A DNA stretch of 27,207 nucleotides from a virus (lineage: Duplodnaviria; Caudoviricetes), in the IMG/VR virus record IMGVR_UViG_3300008261_000229, positions 1-27,207 of that record; one strand, 5' to 3'. The position numbers and the translations under genes are program-made. The notes beneath the pieces were generated by a model. That model was not told the origin of the DNA, searched no databases, and was given only the letters and a program-made list of their open reading frames with translations. Shown one piece after another: positions 7,680-15,954 of this stretch; the first letter of the stretch is position 1, and each line of letters opens with the position of its first letter.

Positions 7680-7779
7680 TCTGGTTCAATTCCTTTTCGA
7701 TAAATTGTAGGAAGGTCATTTTGCGCATTTCCATGTAACGGTCAGCCAGTTCGTTCAGCAGTTCATCATCAAGCAACAC
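7522..7779 (-). CDS. hypothetical phage protein
   Basis: GAGGTG RBS before GTG at 7779; the 3' part overlaps the next gene by about 158 nt, so the end is doubtful. Confidence 0.45.
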   Translation of the reverse strand: MLLDDELLNELADRYMEMRKMTFLQFIEKELNQNGYQNRHTGTRASQSYLRFSGRFISTKAPVLGSLKRFGERISAVAGNDNDGF

Positions 7780-7792
7780 TACAATCACCTCA

Positions 7793-8011
7793 CTATGGTT
7801 TTTTCACCCCCACACGAAACAGCGTTTCGAAAGGAACACCTAATCCATCTGCGATTGCTTTGGCATTTTGGGGTGACACGGAATGCGTACCGCGACAGAT
7901 GCGGTAAAGCGTTGTGAACGGCATACCGATCTGCTTACTAAGGATATTCGCATTCATGCCTTTTTGCGCAATCATGGTGTTTAACTTTTCCGTATCCGCT
8001 AAAATTTTCAT
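7793..8011 (-). CDS. XRE/Cro-like helix-turn-helix regulator
   Basis: KGMNANILSKQIGMPFTTLYRICRG...AKAIADGLGVPFETLF; 72 aa, no peptidase domain. Confidence 0.85.
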   Translation of the reverse strand: MKILADTEKLNTMIAQKGMNANILSKQIGMPFTTLYRICRGTHSVSPQNAKAIADGLGVPFETLFRVGVKKP

Positions 8012-8014
8012 TTG

Positions 8015-8061
8015 TTATCACCCCCTGTAAATACATTATCACTAATTATCACCAATTGCAA
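8015..8061 (-). promoter_or_regulatory. sigma-A-like promoter overlapped by three GTGATAA boxes
   Basis: TTGCAA (8061-8056), 17 bp, TAATGT (8038-8033); AT-rich upstream tract; boxes at 8015, 8036 and 8046. Confidence 0.55.
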
Positions 8062-8079
8062 CACTTTTTATTCAAAAAT

Positions 8080-8108
8080 AAAAAACCGCAGATCCGAGGA
8101 CCCACGGT
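8080..8108 (-). terminator. intrinsic terminator after the endolysin
   Basis: ACCGTGGGTC-CTCG-GATCTGCGGT followed by a T run; G-U wobble pairs work only on the minus strand. Confidence 0.8.
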
Positions 8109-8116
8109 ATGTACGA

Positions 8117-8686
8117 TTAGCCTTTGAGTCTGCAGAATTTCAGCTCTGCTTCCACGTCTTTTTTCAGATCCACTAAGTTCTTACCAATCATCTTTAGCGA
8201 GTTTTGCGGGTCTATTTTGCGCTTCGGGTCAATGATATAATGGCCTGTGATTTTGGTGATTGGGTTAAGATCGAATCGGTGGCAGATCGCCGCTAACGTA
8301 TAGACATACCGTTTGTATGCTTCGGCCATGTTGATGCGCCCACCAAAACAAAGCTCAACCCCAATGGCGATATCATTCGCATCGTCACCAAAGATCGAAT
8401 TGTCGATTGGCGTGTCATAGACGACGTGCCATGCTTTTTCCGCTGGGCCAGTCAGCGCAGGAACACATTCGATAATTTCTTTATCGTCAACAAACAGGTG
8501 TGCCGATGCGGACATTTGGTCACGACTGTTTTCATAGTAGCTCACGTTTGCCCGTGCTGTGCTTCCAGGGTTGCCTGTGTCATGCGCTACAATAAACTGC
8601 ACAGACGGCATCAAGATCCCGGACCGTCGTTTACTTGGTGCGGTCAAATAGTTTTTTGTAACGGTGTACCGGCTAAACCATTTCAC
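8117..8686 (-). CDS. endolysin, N-acetylmuramoyl-L-alanine amidase (Amidase_2)
   Basis: IVAHDTGN, SAHLFVDD, AWHV, IGVELC, ITGH...KIDP; follows holin genes. Confidence 0.92.
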   Translation of the reverse strand: MKWFSRYTVTKNYLTAPSKRRSGILMPSVQFIVAHDTGNPGSTARANVSYYENSRDQMSASAHLFVDDKEIIECVPALTGPAEKAWHVVYDTPIDNSIFGDDANDIAIGVELCFGGRINMAEAYKRYVYTLAAICHRFDLNPITKITGHYIIDPKRKIDPQNSLKMIGKNLVDLKKDVEAELKFCRLKG

Positions 8687-8859
8687 TGTTCATCCCCTCC
8701 TTTTTTCTTAGGTTCCATGAACAGACCGAAAAGAGCAATCATGCTCAGAATGACTTCGGCAGCGAGGTCAATCGCTTCATTGTCAATGGTCACACCAGTT
8801 GTCTGTTTGATGATGTACGCGATGAACGCAACGATTGGAATCAGTAATGCTTTGTTCAT
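8683..8859 (-). CDS. putative holin
   Basis: ATG at 8859: MNKALLIPIVAFIAYII...ILSMIALFGLFMEPKKK, two hydrophobic segments and a charged tail. Confidence 0.75.
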   Translation of the reverse strand: MNKALLIPIVAFIAYIIKQTTGVTIDNEAIDLAAEVILSMIALFGLFMEPKKKGGDEQ

Positions 8860-9053
8860 AGGACATTGCCACCACCTTTCATAAGGTACGCGATGCCAGC
8901 CGCAATGAACGCACCGACAACGGCACGCCACAACCAGCGCTGGTTGTCCTCAATGTCATCCAACCGCCGGTTGATCGTCGGATCTTGCATCATCAGATCT
9001 AATTTCGTTTCCAGTCTTACAAGTCTCTGTAGTATTTCGTTGTCGTGGTCCAT
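8856..9053 (-). CDS. XhlA/hemolysin-family holin-associated protein
   Basis: EILQRLVRLETKLD...RLDDIEDNQRWLWRAVVGA: coiled coil plus C-terminal TM helix; GAGGTG RBS. Confidence 0.8.
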   Translation of the reverse strand: MDHDNEILQRLVRLETKLDLMMQDPTINRRLDDIEDNQRWLWRAVVGAFIAAGIAYLMKGGGNVL

Positions 9054-9066
9054 TCTCACACCTCAC

Positions 9067-9099
9067 AAAGAAAGCCGTGCCACTTTGGTATGACACGGC
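9067..9099 (-). terminator. probable intrinsic terminator between tail and lysis genes
   Basis: GCCGTGTCA-TACCAAAG-TGGCACGGC-TTTCTTT. Confidence 0.7.
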
Positions 9100-9108
9100 C
9101 CCATAATG

Positions 9109-9444
9109 TTATTTCAGTGGATCTGTTACGGCGACTGGCAATGGGTGATGGTCCAGATAGTTCTTTTGCCAGTTCCGTGTGTCTACCGGCTTACCGTCTT
9201 CATCCACACCAACTTCGCCACTGGCGCTCTTTTCCAACAGCTTATGAACGTCCGCATAGTTGCCTGTTAACCAAAGCGCTTCAGCGCACAAGAAGGTTTT
9301 GACTTGGTCTTTTCCCCACTGTGCAATAATATCGTACCAAAATTCCACTGCGATTTCTGCCCCATTTACACTTACCACTGCGGAAGATTTTTTCGCGCCA
9401 CTCGGATCTGTAAAACCTAATTTTACATATTGTGCTGTCGCCAT
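9109..9444 (-). CDS. hypothetical protein at the end of the tail operon
   Basis: 111-aa ORF with GGAGG RBS. Confidence 0.8.
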   Translation of the reverse strand: MATAQYVKLGFTDPSGAKKSSAVVSVNGAEIAVEFWYDIIAQWGKDQVKTFLCAEALWLTGNYADVHKLLEKSASGEVGVDEDGKPVDTRNWQKNYLDHHPLPVAVTDPLK

Positions 9445-9447
9445 GTT

Positions 9448-9900
9448 CTATTCCTCCGTTCCATAGGCGGTAACCCAAATGTCCACTGCGGACCCACCAA
9501 CGTTTTGGATTTGTAAGATGTTATTAGCCGTACCGGACAAACGACCTTCTTTGAAGTCCAAGTACACATTATGTTCTTGGTGTGTTTTGGTTGTGTTGAA
9601 AATCGTCCCGCCAGATCCATCTTTGAAATGTACTTTTGTGGCTGCGCTGGTCGAAAGGTACAGACCTTTCAAGCGAATCTTTTTGCCACTTGCTGGTGTC
9701 CATAAAGTCGTTGCACCATTATTCGCCAAGGCGAGGTATTCTGTGTATTTGAAAATCAATTCTGTCGATACCGCACCTGACTGAATGGCAACCTTCAAAT
9801 TACCGTTTGCATCATAAGCGTCTGCGACGTTAATTACTTCACCCGCTGTGTTAATCAGCCCGCCAAAGGCGGGGTTATACTGACCTGTTGTGTACGGCAT
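9448..9900 (-). CDS. putative structural beta-sandwich protein associated with the long fibre
   Basis: C-terminal TTLWTPASGKK...IWVTAYGTEE resembles 12791..13111; AAGGGGG RBS. Confidence 0.7.
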   Translation of the reverse strand: MPYTTGQYNPAFGGLINTAGEVINVADAYDANGNLKVAIQSGAVSTELIFKYTEYLALANNGATTLWTPASGKKIRLKGLYLSTSAATKVHFKDGSGGTIFNTTKTHQEHNVYLDFKEGRLSGTANNILQIQNVGGSAVDIWVTAYGTEE

Positions 9901-9919
9901 GTCGAATCCCCCTTATCGT

Positions 9920-12292
9920 TTAGTTTCCTGCTATTTGCGCTTCTAGCGCTTCGACTTTTGCGTTCAACTCTTGGATTGCTTTAATCATCGGAGCGATAAG
10001 CTGTGAGTAGTTTAGGAATTGAGTTGATTCTGGATCATCTTTATCCGCAAGCGCCCATCCCGCAAAGTCCTGACCTTCTGGCAATGCGGCTTTGACCTCT
10101 TGTGCCAGTAACCCGAAGTGCGTTCGCACGCCCTCGCGTGGCGTGATGACTTCTTCATAAGTCGGACGTTCTTCTGTTACTGCCGGAATCTCGTCTACTG
10201 CCGCAACGTATTCCTGTATAACGTTTCCTTCCTCATCTACAATCTCCGGCACTTCCGACTGTGCAGGAATAGCAGGTGTAAGTTCTACTATTTCTGTCCC
10301 TGTTTGTACTCGCTCTACAGTGTTACCACCTTCGATGTAACGGAATTGCACTGGGTTAAGGCTAGTTACAAAGTCCAGTCCCAACGATGATTCTTCGATA
10401 TCGGTTTTAAGGCGCGCGTCCGAAGTGTTGAGTGCGTTCTGTGCATAAATTGTTGCCCATCTAAAAGATGAATTCCCTAAATCGTATGTGTTATTCGCGG
10501 CAGGTCTTGTTGTTCCACCGGATTCGATTCGAAGTCGTTCAATGTTATTTGTGTGAAAAAGTAAATCAGCAGATAGAACGTTGTTAATATTCAAATGATC
10601 ATTACCACTACTTGTGTAACCTATGAAGCCTTTTGTTGCGGAAGAAGGCGCATAGAATCTGATAAAGTTATCACCAGTTGCGGCAGTTGTTTCCAATCGC
10701 ATAATTTCGCCTGTGCCTTTAATGTGAAGTTCCGCATTCGGTACAACTCCAATTCCTAAAAATCCTGCATCTGTAACAGTCAAACGCTCTGCGCTTGCTG
10801 TCGAATCCCACAAACGCAAACGCCCATTCAATCCAGAAGTGTTATCTCCTGTTTGCCAATACCAATGGCGACCACCTGTGCCATTGGTTTTTAGTGCAAT
10901 TCTTGCATCTCCGCCTGTTGTGTTTGTCTCAACCATACTAGAAGCCGATCCGCCATTGTTATAAACGTGTAACTGTGATGTTGGCGCGTTGATACCGATA
11001 CCGACATTTCCAGATGAATCAATTCTAAGCGAAGTATCGGCGGCATTGTTCCTCGCGATTGTAAATGAACCTGTTCCGGTCTGTAAGGTTAAAGTGCCTG
11101 CCCCTGCTGTGTAGATTGTACGATTAGAAGTTCCTAAGTAAATATTACCGTCTACGTGTAGTTTGTCGGCTGGAGATACTGTGCCGATGCCGACGTTTCC
11201 TGCGCCTGTAATTGCCATTCTCGAAGTTGCCGCATTTCCTGCAGTATTCGTTTGGAATGTGATAGTGCCTACAGTATCAGCGCCGCCAATTTGGATTGCC
11301 GCATCACTTACTGCGTTATTAATATGCTCAATTCGCAAACCATAATCAACCGATGCTGTGGCGTTATGATAAATTAAATTGTGATTTGATGTAGGAACCG
11401 CACCGGATTGCAGTCTTTGTTGTCCGACGATATGAAGTCTGTCTTGTGGACTTGTCGTGCCGATGCCGACATTTCCGCTTGAATTGATTCGCATTTTTTC
11501 ACCTGATGATCCATTTAAGGCTGTGTAAAAACGCAACGCACCATCTTCCGATCCGTCTGTTGGATCTTCTATGGAAGCAATAATTTCCGCATAATTCGCT
11601 GTATTTCCGGCGCTGTCGTTGCCACGAAAAAATAAATTACACAATAAGTCCCCTGCCGCTGGGCTGTCTGAATTTCTCCAAAAAATAATATCTGGCGCGG
11701 CGGCGGCGCTTTCCTCGGCGGCTTCGAAAATTACAAGAGACCCTGTGTCGGTTCCTTTTACATGAAATTTTGTGGATGGCGAAGCTGTGCCGATACCGAC
11801 ATTTCCACTTGCATTTATTGTCATTCTTGGTGTTGCGGCTGTTGTGATTTGGAATGTACCGTCGGCAGGATAACTGATTCCCGCCGTATCACTTACACCT
11901 GCTCGACCAATTTTTATAACTTCGCCATATTCACCGGAACGCTGAACGCGAAGTGGTGTAGCCGCATAGGACTGTACATCCAGTCGATAGGATGGATCTT
12001 GGTCACTAATGCCTATAAATCCGTTTGACTTAAAACGCATTCTTTCTTGTCCGTCGATTGCAAATGCTACTGTGTTTGCGGCAGGGAAAAATATCCCTGT
12101 GTTGCTATCTCCTGTCGGAGCTATCGCCGGTGTGGATGCACTACCGGCCGTGGTAACCAATTGGCCAGACATTGTGGTCGATCCGTCTTGCCTTACCGAA
12201 TCAAAAATACCCTGTTCGATTTTGTTCAGGTTCGTTGCGTCAATCGCAGGGGCCGTGTCATTTACCCACGTCGTCTTATTGTACTGTGGCAT
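9920..12292 (-). CDS. long tail fibre with GNVGIGT repeats and C-terminal peptidase S74 intramolecular chaperone
   Basis: Repeated (E)RMRI.SSGNVGIGT modules; TSDARLKTDI...LNPVQFRY...HFGLLAQEV...LIAPMIKAIQEL. Confidence 0.9.
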   Translation of the reverse strand: MPQYNKTTWVNDTAPAIDATNLNKIEQGIFDSVRQDGSTTMSGQLVTTAGSASTPAIAPTGDSNTGIFFPAANTVAFAIDGQERMRFKSNGFIGISDQDPSYRLDVQSYAATPLRVQRSGEYGEVIKIGRAGVSDTAGISYPADGTFQITTAATPRMTINASGNVGIGTASPSTKFHVKGTDTGSLVIFEAAEESAAAAPDIIFWRNSDSPAAGDLLCNLFFRGNDSAGNTANYAEIIASIEDPTDGSEDGALRFYTALNGSSGEKMRINSSGNVGIGTTSPQDRLHIVGQQRLQSGAVPTSNHNLIYHNATASVDYGLRIEHINNAVSDAAIQIGGADTVGTITFQTNTAGNAATSRMAITGAGNVGIGTVSPADKLHVDGNIYLGTSNRTIYTAGAGTLTLQTGTGSFTIARNNAADTSLRIDSSGNVGIGINAPTSQLHVYNNGGSASSMVETNTTGGDARIALKTNGTGGRHWYWQTGDNTSGLNGRLRLWDSTASAERLTVTDAGFLGIGVVPNAELHIKGTGEIMRLETTAATGDNFIRFYAPSSATKGFIGYTSSGNDHLNINNVLSADLLFHTNNIERLRIESGGTTRPAANNTYDLGNSSFRWATIYAQNALNTSDARLKTDIEESSLGLDFVTSLNPVQFRYIEGGNTVERVQTGTEIVELTPAIPAQSEVPEIVDEEGNVIQEYVAAVDEIPAVTEERPTYEEVITPREGVRTHFGLLAQEVKAALPEGQDFAGWALADKDDPESTQFLNYSQLIAPMIKAIQELNAKVEALEAQIAGN
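10992..11806. repeat. four near-identical 20-bp direct repeats encoding GNVGIG(T/I)
   Basis: Consensus gtgccgat(g/a)ccgacatttcc at 10992, 11181, 11457 and 11787. Confidence 0.85.
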
Positions 12293-12422
12293 CTTCTGTC
12301 ACCTCTGGTTTTGGTTTATAGGTTTCATAGTCCACCCAAATGTTAGGTTCGATCTCCACTAACACCTGACCGCTTTCTAACGTTCGTTTTGGCAGTTCGT
12401 CGATATTAGGATATTGATTCAT
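12276..12422 (-). CDS. 48-aa hypothetical tail-region protein (below the ORF track cutoff)
   Basis: GGAGGTGTGACC-ATG; MNQYPNIDELPKRTLESGQVLVEIEPNIWVDYETYKPKPEVTEDATVQ. Confidence 0.7.
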   Translation of the reverse strand: MNQYPNIDELPKRTLESGQVLVEIEPNIWVDYETYKPKPEVTEDATVQ

Positions 12423-12424
12423 GG

Positions 12425-12787
12425 TCACACCTCCAAACTATACGAAACGCCTACATTTATAGTATAAGTCGATCCGCCCCCATTAACCGCTTCAACTTTT
12501 AATGACGAATTAAAACGAACATTAAAAAATGATTGGAAATCGTCAGGTGGTGAAGCTCCAGTTCCGCCAAATGGTGAAGGCGTAGAAACTACACCGTCCA
12601 CCGTTACGCGTATCCCTACAATGTTACCAGTCGATGAATATGAATTTGTCATAATCATGTGATTAAAGTATCCCGAACCGGAAGTTACATCTAGAACAGT
12701 ATAATATACAGAAGGTGTTGCGGATTGTGAAATTTCTGCTGTCATAGGCTTACTCGCTCTAATTGCAGGAATTTGTGTAATAGCCAA
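12425..12787 (-). CDS. putative tail-associated beta-rich protein
   Basis: GGAGGTG RBS with TTG start; S/T/G-rich, LDVTSGSG...IRVTVDG...FNSSLKVE. Confidence 0.7.
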   Translation of the reverse strand: MAITQIPAIRASKPMTAEISQSATPSVYYTVLDVTSGSGYFNHMIMTNSYSSTGNIVGIRVTVDGVVSTPSPFGGTGASPPDDFQSFFNVRFNSSLKVEAVNGGGSTYTINVGVSYSLEV

Positions 12788-12790
12788 TTT

Positions 12791-13111
12791 TTACACCTCC
12801 TCAATTCCAAAAACTGTGCAAATAATATCGGTGCCCGTGTCCTGTTTGGCAGAGAGCACCGTGCCCGTTGGAATGACAATCTTCGTGTCCTGCAGAATTA
12901 CACTACCTCCGCCAGCAATCAAAAGCCCATTCACGATGATGTTGCTGTTTGCCGTACCATTGACGTACAGAGTGACCGTCCGAGCCGTGGTGCCTGTGTT
13001 GGCTAGATAAATCTCTGTCACCTGTGCTGTCGTGCTTGCTGGGGCAGTGTAGACCGTTGCTGCTGTCCCGCTTAGTGCCGTTTGTAAAAGACGCTTTGCC
13101 GTTCTTGGCAT
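12791..13111 (-). CDS. putative structural beta-sandwich protein associated with the short fibre
   Basis: TVYTAPASTTAQVTEIYLAN...TVFGIEE; GGAGG RBS. Confidence 0.75.
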   Translation of the reverse strand: MPRTAKRLLQTALSGTAATVYTAPASTTAQVTEIYLANTGTTARTVTLYVNGTANSNIIVNGLLIAGGGSVILQDTKIVIPTGTVLSAKQDTGTDIICTVFGIEEV

Positions 13112-13917
13112 TACAACATACCTCCCATGCTACCCATCATTTTAAGTTCGTCGAGCGTGATGCCTTTGCCACCTTCGGTGAACGCCAGCTTATCCGCCGC
13201 CGCCCAGTAGATCCCTGTATTGGTATCTGTATTGCTCGTAATTGTCGGCGTGGTCTGTGTTCCAGCTACCGAAAAATTAAACGCCCCAGCGGCAGTAATT
13301 CGCATACGCTCTTGCGCATTGGTTTCAAAAATCATCGGTGTGTTTGCTTGGTTACTTAGAAAAGTTGACCCACCATCTACGATGTTATTTTTACCGATTA
13401 AAAATTGGTTACTTGTGGAATTGTCCGTGTAAAACGCTAGTACAGATTGAAAACCTGCTGCGGCGCTGGTGTTTGTGATCCGCAAACTAGGTAGATATGA
13501 TCCTGTCGCAGATGAAATATGCAATCTCGAAGCTGGCGCAATTGTACCAATTCCAACATTTAGATCGGCAGTAATGCGCACTGATGGGAACCCGCCCTGA
13601 CTGAATGCGATTTCATCTGACGCAGGGAAATACATGCCTGTGTTGCTGTCACCTGTCCGAGATATCGCCGGCGCGTTTACACTACCAGATATCGCAAGGA
13701 TCTGCCCCGTCATGGCGGCACTACCATCTCTCGGTAAGGCTGCGGAGATTCCACTTTCGATCTTATTCATATTCGTTGCGTTTAGCGGTGTACCTGCCTG
13801 TGTAACGGTTCCGGGTGATGCTGTGAGTGTGACTTCACTTGCTGTCTCCCCCGTTTTCGAATATCGAGCAGGATACTGCACCACTCGATCTTGCCATGTG
13901 GTTGGGCTATATGGCAT
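13111..13917 (-). CDS. short tail fibre / baseplate-anchored fibre
   Basis: ATG at 13917 (MPYSPTTWQDRVV...QAGTPLNATNMNKIESGI), NVGIGT module; N-terminal part paralogous to 9920..12292. Confidence 0.8.
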   Translation of the reverse strand: MPYSPTTWQDRVVQYPARYSKTGETASEVTLTASPGTVTQAGTPLNATNMNKIESGISAALPRDGSAAMTGQILAISGSVNAPAISRTGDSNTGMYFPASDEIAFSQGGFPSVRITADLNVGIGTIAPASRLHISSATGSYLPSLRITNTSAAAGFQSVLAFYTDNSTSNQFLIGKNNIVDGGSTFLSNQANTPMIFETNAQERMRITAAGAFNFSVAGTQTTPTITSNTDTNTGIYWAAADKLAFTEGGKGITLDELKMMGSMGGML

Positions 13918-14315
13918 TAGATGGGTACCCCCTGTCCTGCCACGGTTGCACCGCACCGACGAAAGGCGCTCTCAACCAATGGCACATAATCATGTAATAA
14001 TTGTACATTACTTTCCCAACGATTGGCATGATAATTTGTAAATCTTGTATCAGCCGTCCATGTAATCGTATCAAGCCAACCGGGGGGCGTAAATAGTTTT
14101 ATCGCTTCCATGTTCGACTCAATTCGGTTTATTGATGACAGCAGATCATACGACAAGATGTTCCGATTTGTGATGAACGTCAGGCTCGGTATGATATAAC
14201 CGATCCCAATCAGTTCGGATCTGACATATTCCATGTTACTTTCGACCCGATTGATGTCGCCGAAGTTATAGGCTTCATTACTTGTCCAGTTGGTCTTTGG
14301 ATTTGTCCACGGCAC
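13917..14315 (-). CDS. putative baseplate/tail protein
   Basis: W..PKTNW...N..DINRVESN with repeated NR.ESN motifs; lies between hub and fibre. Confidence 0.75.
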   Translation of the reverse strand: MPWTNPKTNWTSNEAYNFGDINRVESNMEYVRSELIGIGYIIPSLTFITNRNILSYDLLSSINRIESNMEAIKLFTPPGWLDTITWTADTRFTNYHANRWESNVQLLHDYVPLVESAFRRCGATVAGQGVPI

Positions 14316-14317
14316 GT

Positions 14318-15943
14318 TTACGCCCTCCCTTCTATCCTGCCTACCAGATACCCTTCATAGGTCAGTTCATTCTTAATCATTACGACTTCTTGTGTCTGGT
14401 CGTACCGGTTCTCCACGGTAAAGCGGTCGTTCAGCTCTAACGCTTGGTTCCCTCGGTAGTCTACCGTAAATACCTTGCTGTTATTGCGAACGGCATAGAG
14501 CCATTCTGCCACGGCTTGTGCTTGGCTCACAGTGTTAATAAAATAGTTATTCTGCAACGTCAGCACTTCACCTTTTGCGTTTGCGGCTTCGGTCTTGGTG
14601 TAGCTTCCCGCTTCCGTACCGATGCTGGTGTAGTAGTAGACTTGTGAAGAATAAACCGGTTTACCCAGTTCGATCTCCGCTTCTTCGAACATGTCTTCGA
14701 AGGTGATTCCTTTTACGGTTGCCTGTGTTGGGTTGTAGATCCGTACCGACACTTTGTTGTCCCGTGTGACGAACACGTTCGACCGTCCTGCCATTGCTGC
14801 AAGCTGTAGTGCCTGTCTGCACCCTACCGACTCGGACAGGCCATTTGTCGCCACGCTTTGTAGCCCTGTATCGATCTGGTATTGGGTAATGTCCGCAGCC
14901 AACAGAATGTCCTCGATCAAGTCATAAAGGCTGTAGCTGGTCTGTGGCGTGGTCTGCACAAAGGTCGAATTGTCCAATAGATCCAAGACACTGCGCCCTG
15001 TGAACGTGGCCGTTAATGCGCCCGGATCGGACTTCCATTCCGACAGATAGTACGTTCCGACAGGTATCCACTCCGTCCTGCTGGTATCGATCACAAGACC
15101 CAGTTCAGCTTGAATGCGCTGTCGTAATTGCAAATAGCTGTAGATCCCCGTCGGGTTCAAGATGTCGAACACACCGGAACTATTGTCGGCAGTGAACTCA
15201 AATTCAGGAATGACGATAGTTGAACTTAAAGGGTCCATTTCTTCGGTCGTGTTAAACCGAATCAATTCATTCCCCGAATAGGTGAGCACGACACCGGGGT
15301 CGATCTCCGCTACCCGTGCTCGGCGATTCGCCAAATTCCACTCATAGATTTTTATTTCTAGCCGATTAAAATTTGTTATCGCGCTTTGAAGAATGTACTG
15401 ACTTAATGTATTGCCGACAACGTTTTGTTGAAACACAATGGCATTGCTGCTGTTATATGCCAGAATGTCGAACTTTGTCGCATACTCATTTAACAGCGGG
15501 TCAAATGTAATTGTGACCCCCGCAGACGTGTACGAACCGGAATACTGCAACGTAATATTTTGCGACGTTGTGGCCGATGGAAATACATTCGCACCCGGAT
15601 AAAGCGTTGTTTTTGGCACCAGATCAAAGGTGGTGTTTGGTAGCGTGATCTCCGCCGACACCCAGCCGACCTGACCACGCTCTACGGCGTTGTCACTAGG
15701 AAAGGTGAAACGGCCGTCCAATATGGTACGGCCGATTTCCCAAGTAATCAAATAAAGTGATTGGATACGAATATTGTCTATTAACTGACTTTGCGCATTG
15801 CTGAGAGCAAATTCACTTGTCGTAGTGACTGTCGGGATATCGTTCTCAATGTTGACTGGGCTAATGTCGAACGTAACCCGACCAAGAATCTGTCTCGGCA
15901 CATTAAAAATACCATTCTCGTAATCTTGCGTGACTGGATACAC
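14318..15943 (-). CDS. putative baseplate hub / Tal-like tail protein
   Basis: 541 aa, follows the distal tail gene; C-terminal YRGNQALELND hub-like motif. Confidence 0.75.
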   Translation of the reverse strand: MYPVTQDYENGIFNVPRQILGRVTFDISPVNIENDIPTVTTTSEFALSNAQSQLIDNIRIQSLYLITWEIGRTILDGRFTFPSDNAVERGQVGWVSAEITLPNTTFDLVPKTTLYPGANVFPSATTSQNITLQYSGSYTSAGVTITFDPLLNEYATKFDILAYNSSNAIVFQQNVVGNTLSQYILQSAITNFNRLEIKIYEWNLANRRARVAEIDPGVVLTYSGNELIRFNTTEEMDPLSSTIVIPEFEFTADNSSGVFDILNPTGIYSYLQLRQRIQAELGLVIDTSRTEWIPVGTYYLSEWKSDPGALTATFTGRSVLDLLDNSTFVQTTPQTSYSLYDLIEDILLAADITQYQIDTGLQSVATNGLSESVGCRQALQLAAMAGRSNVFVTRDNKVSVRIYNPTQATVKGITFEDMFEEAEIELGKPVYSSQVYYYTSIGTEAGSYTKTEAANAKGEVLTLQNNYFINTVSQAQAVAEWLYAVRNNSKVFTVDYRGNQALELNDRFTVENRYDQTQEVVMIKNELTYEGYLVGRIEGRA

Positions 15944-15954
15944 CGTGCCACCCC

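Noticed and set aside
9857-9876. Hairpin CCCGCC-AAA-GGCGGG
   Set aside because: Inside a CDS (NPAFGGL), 3-nt loop and no U-tract on the coding strand; probably chance
9920-13917. Diversity-generating retroelement or invertase shufflon acting on the fibres
   Set aside because: No reverse transcriptase or recombinase in the window, repeats are direct, and mismatches in the 50-bp pair are not adenine-specific
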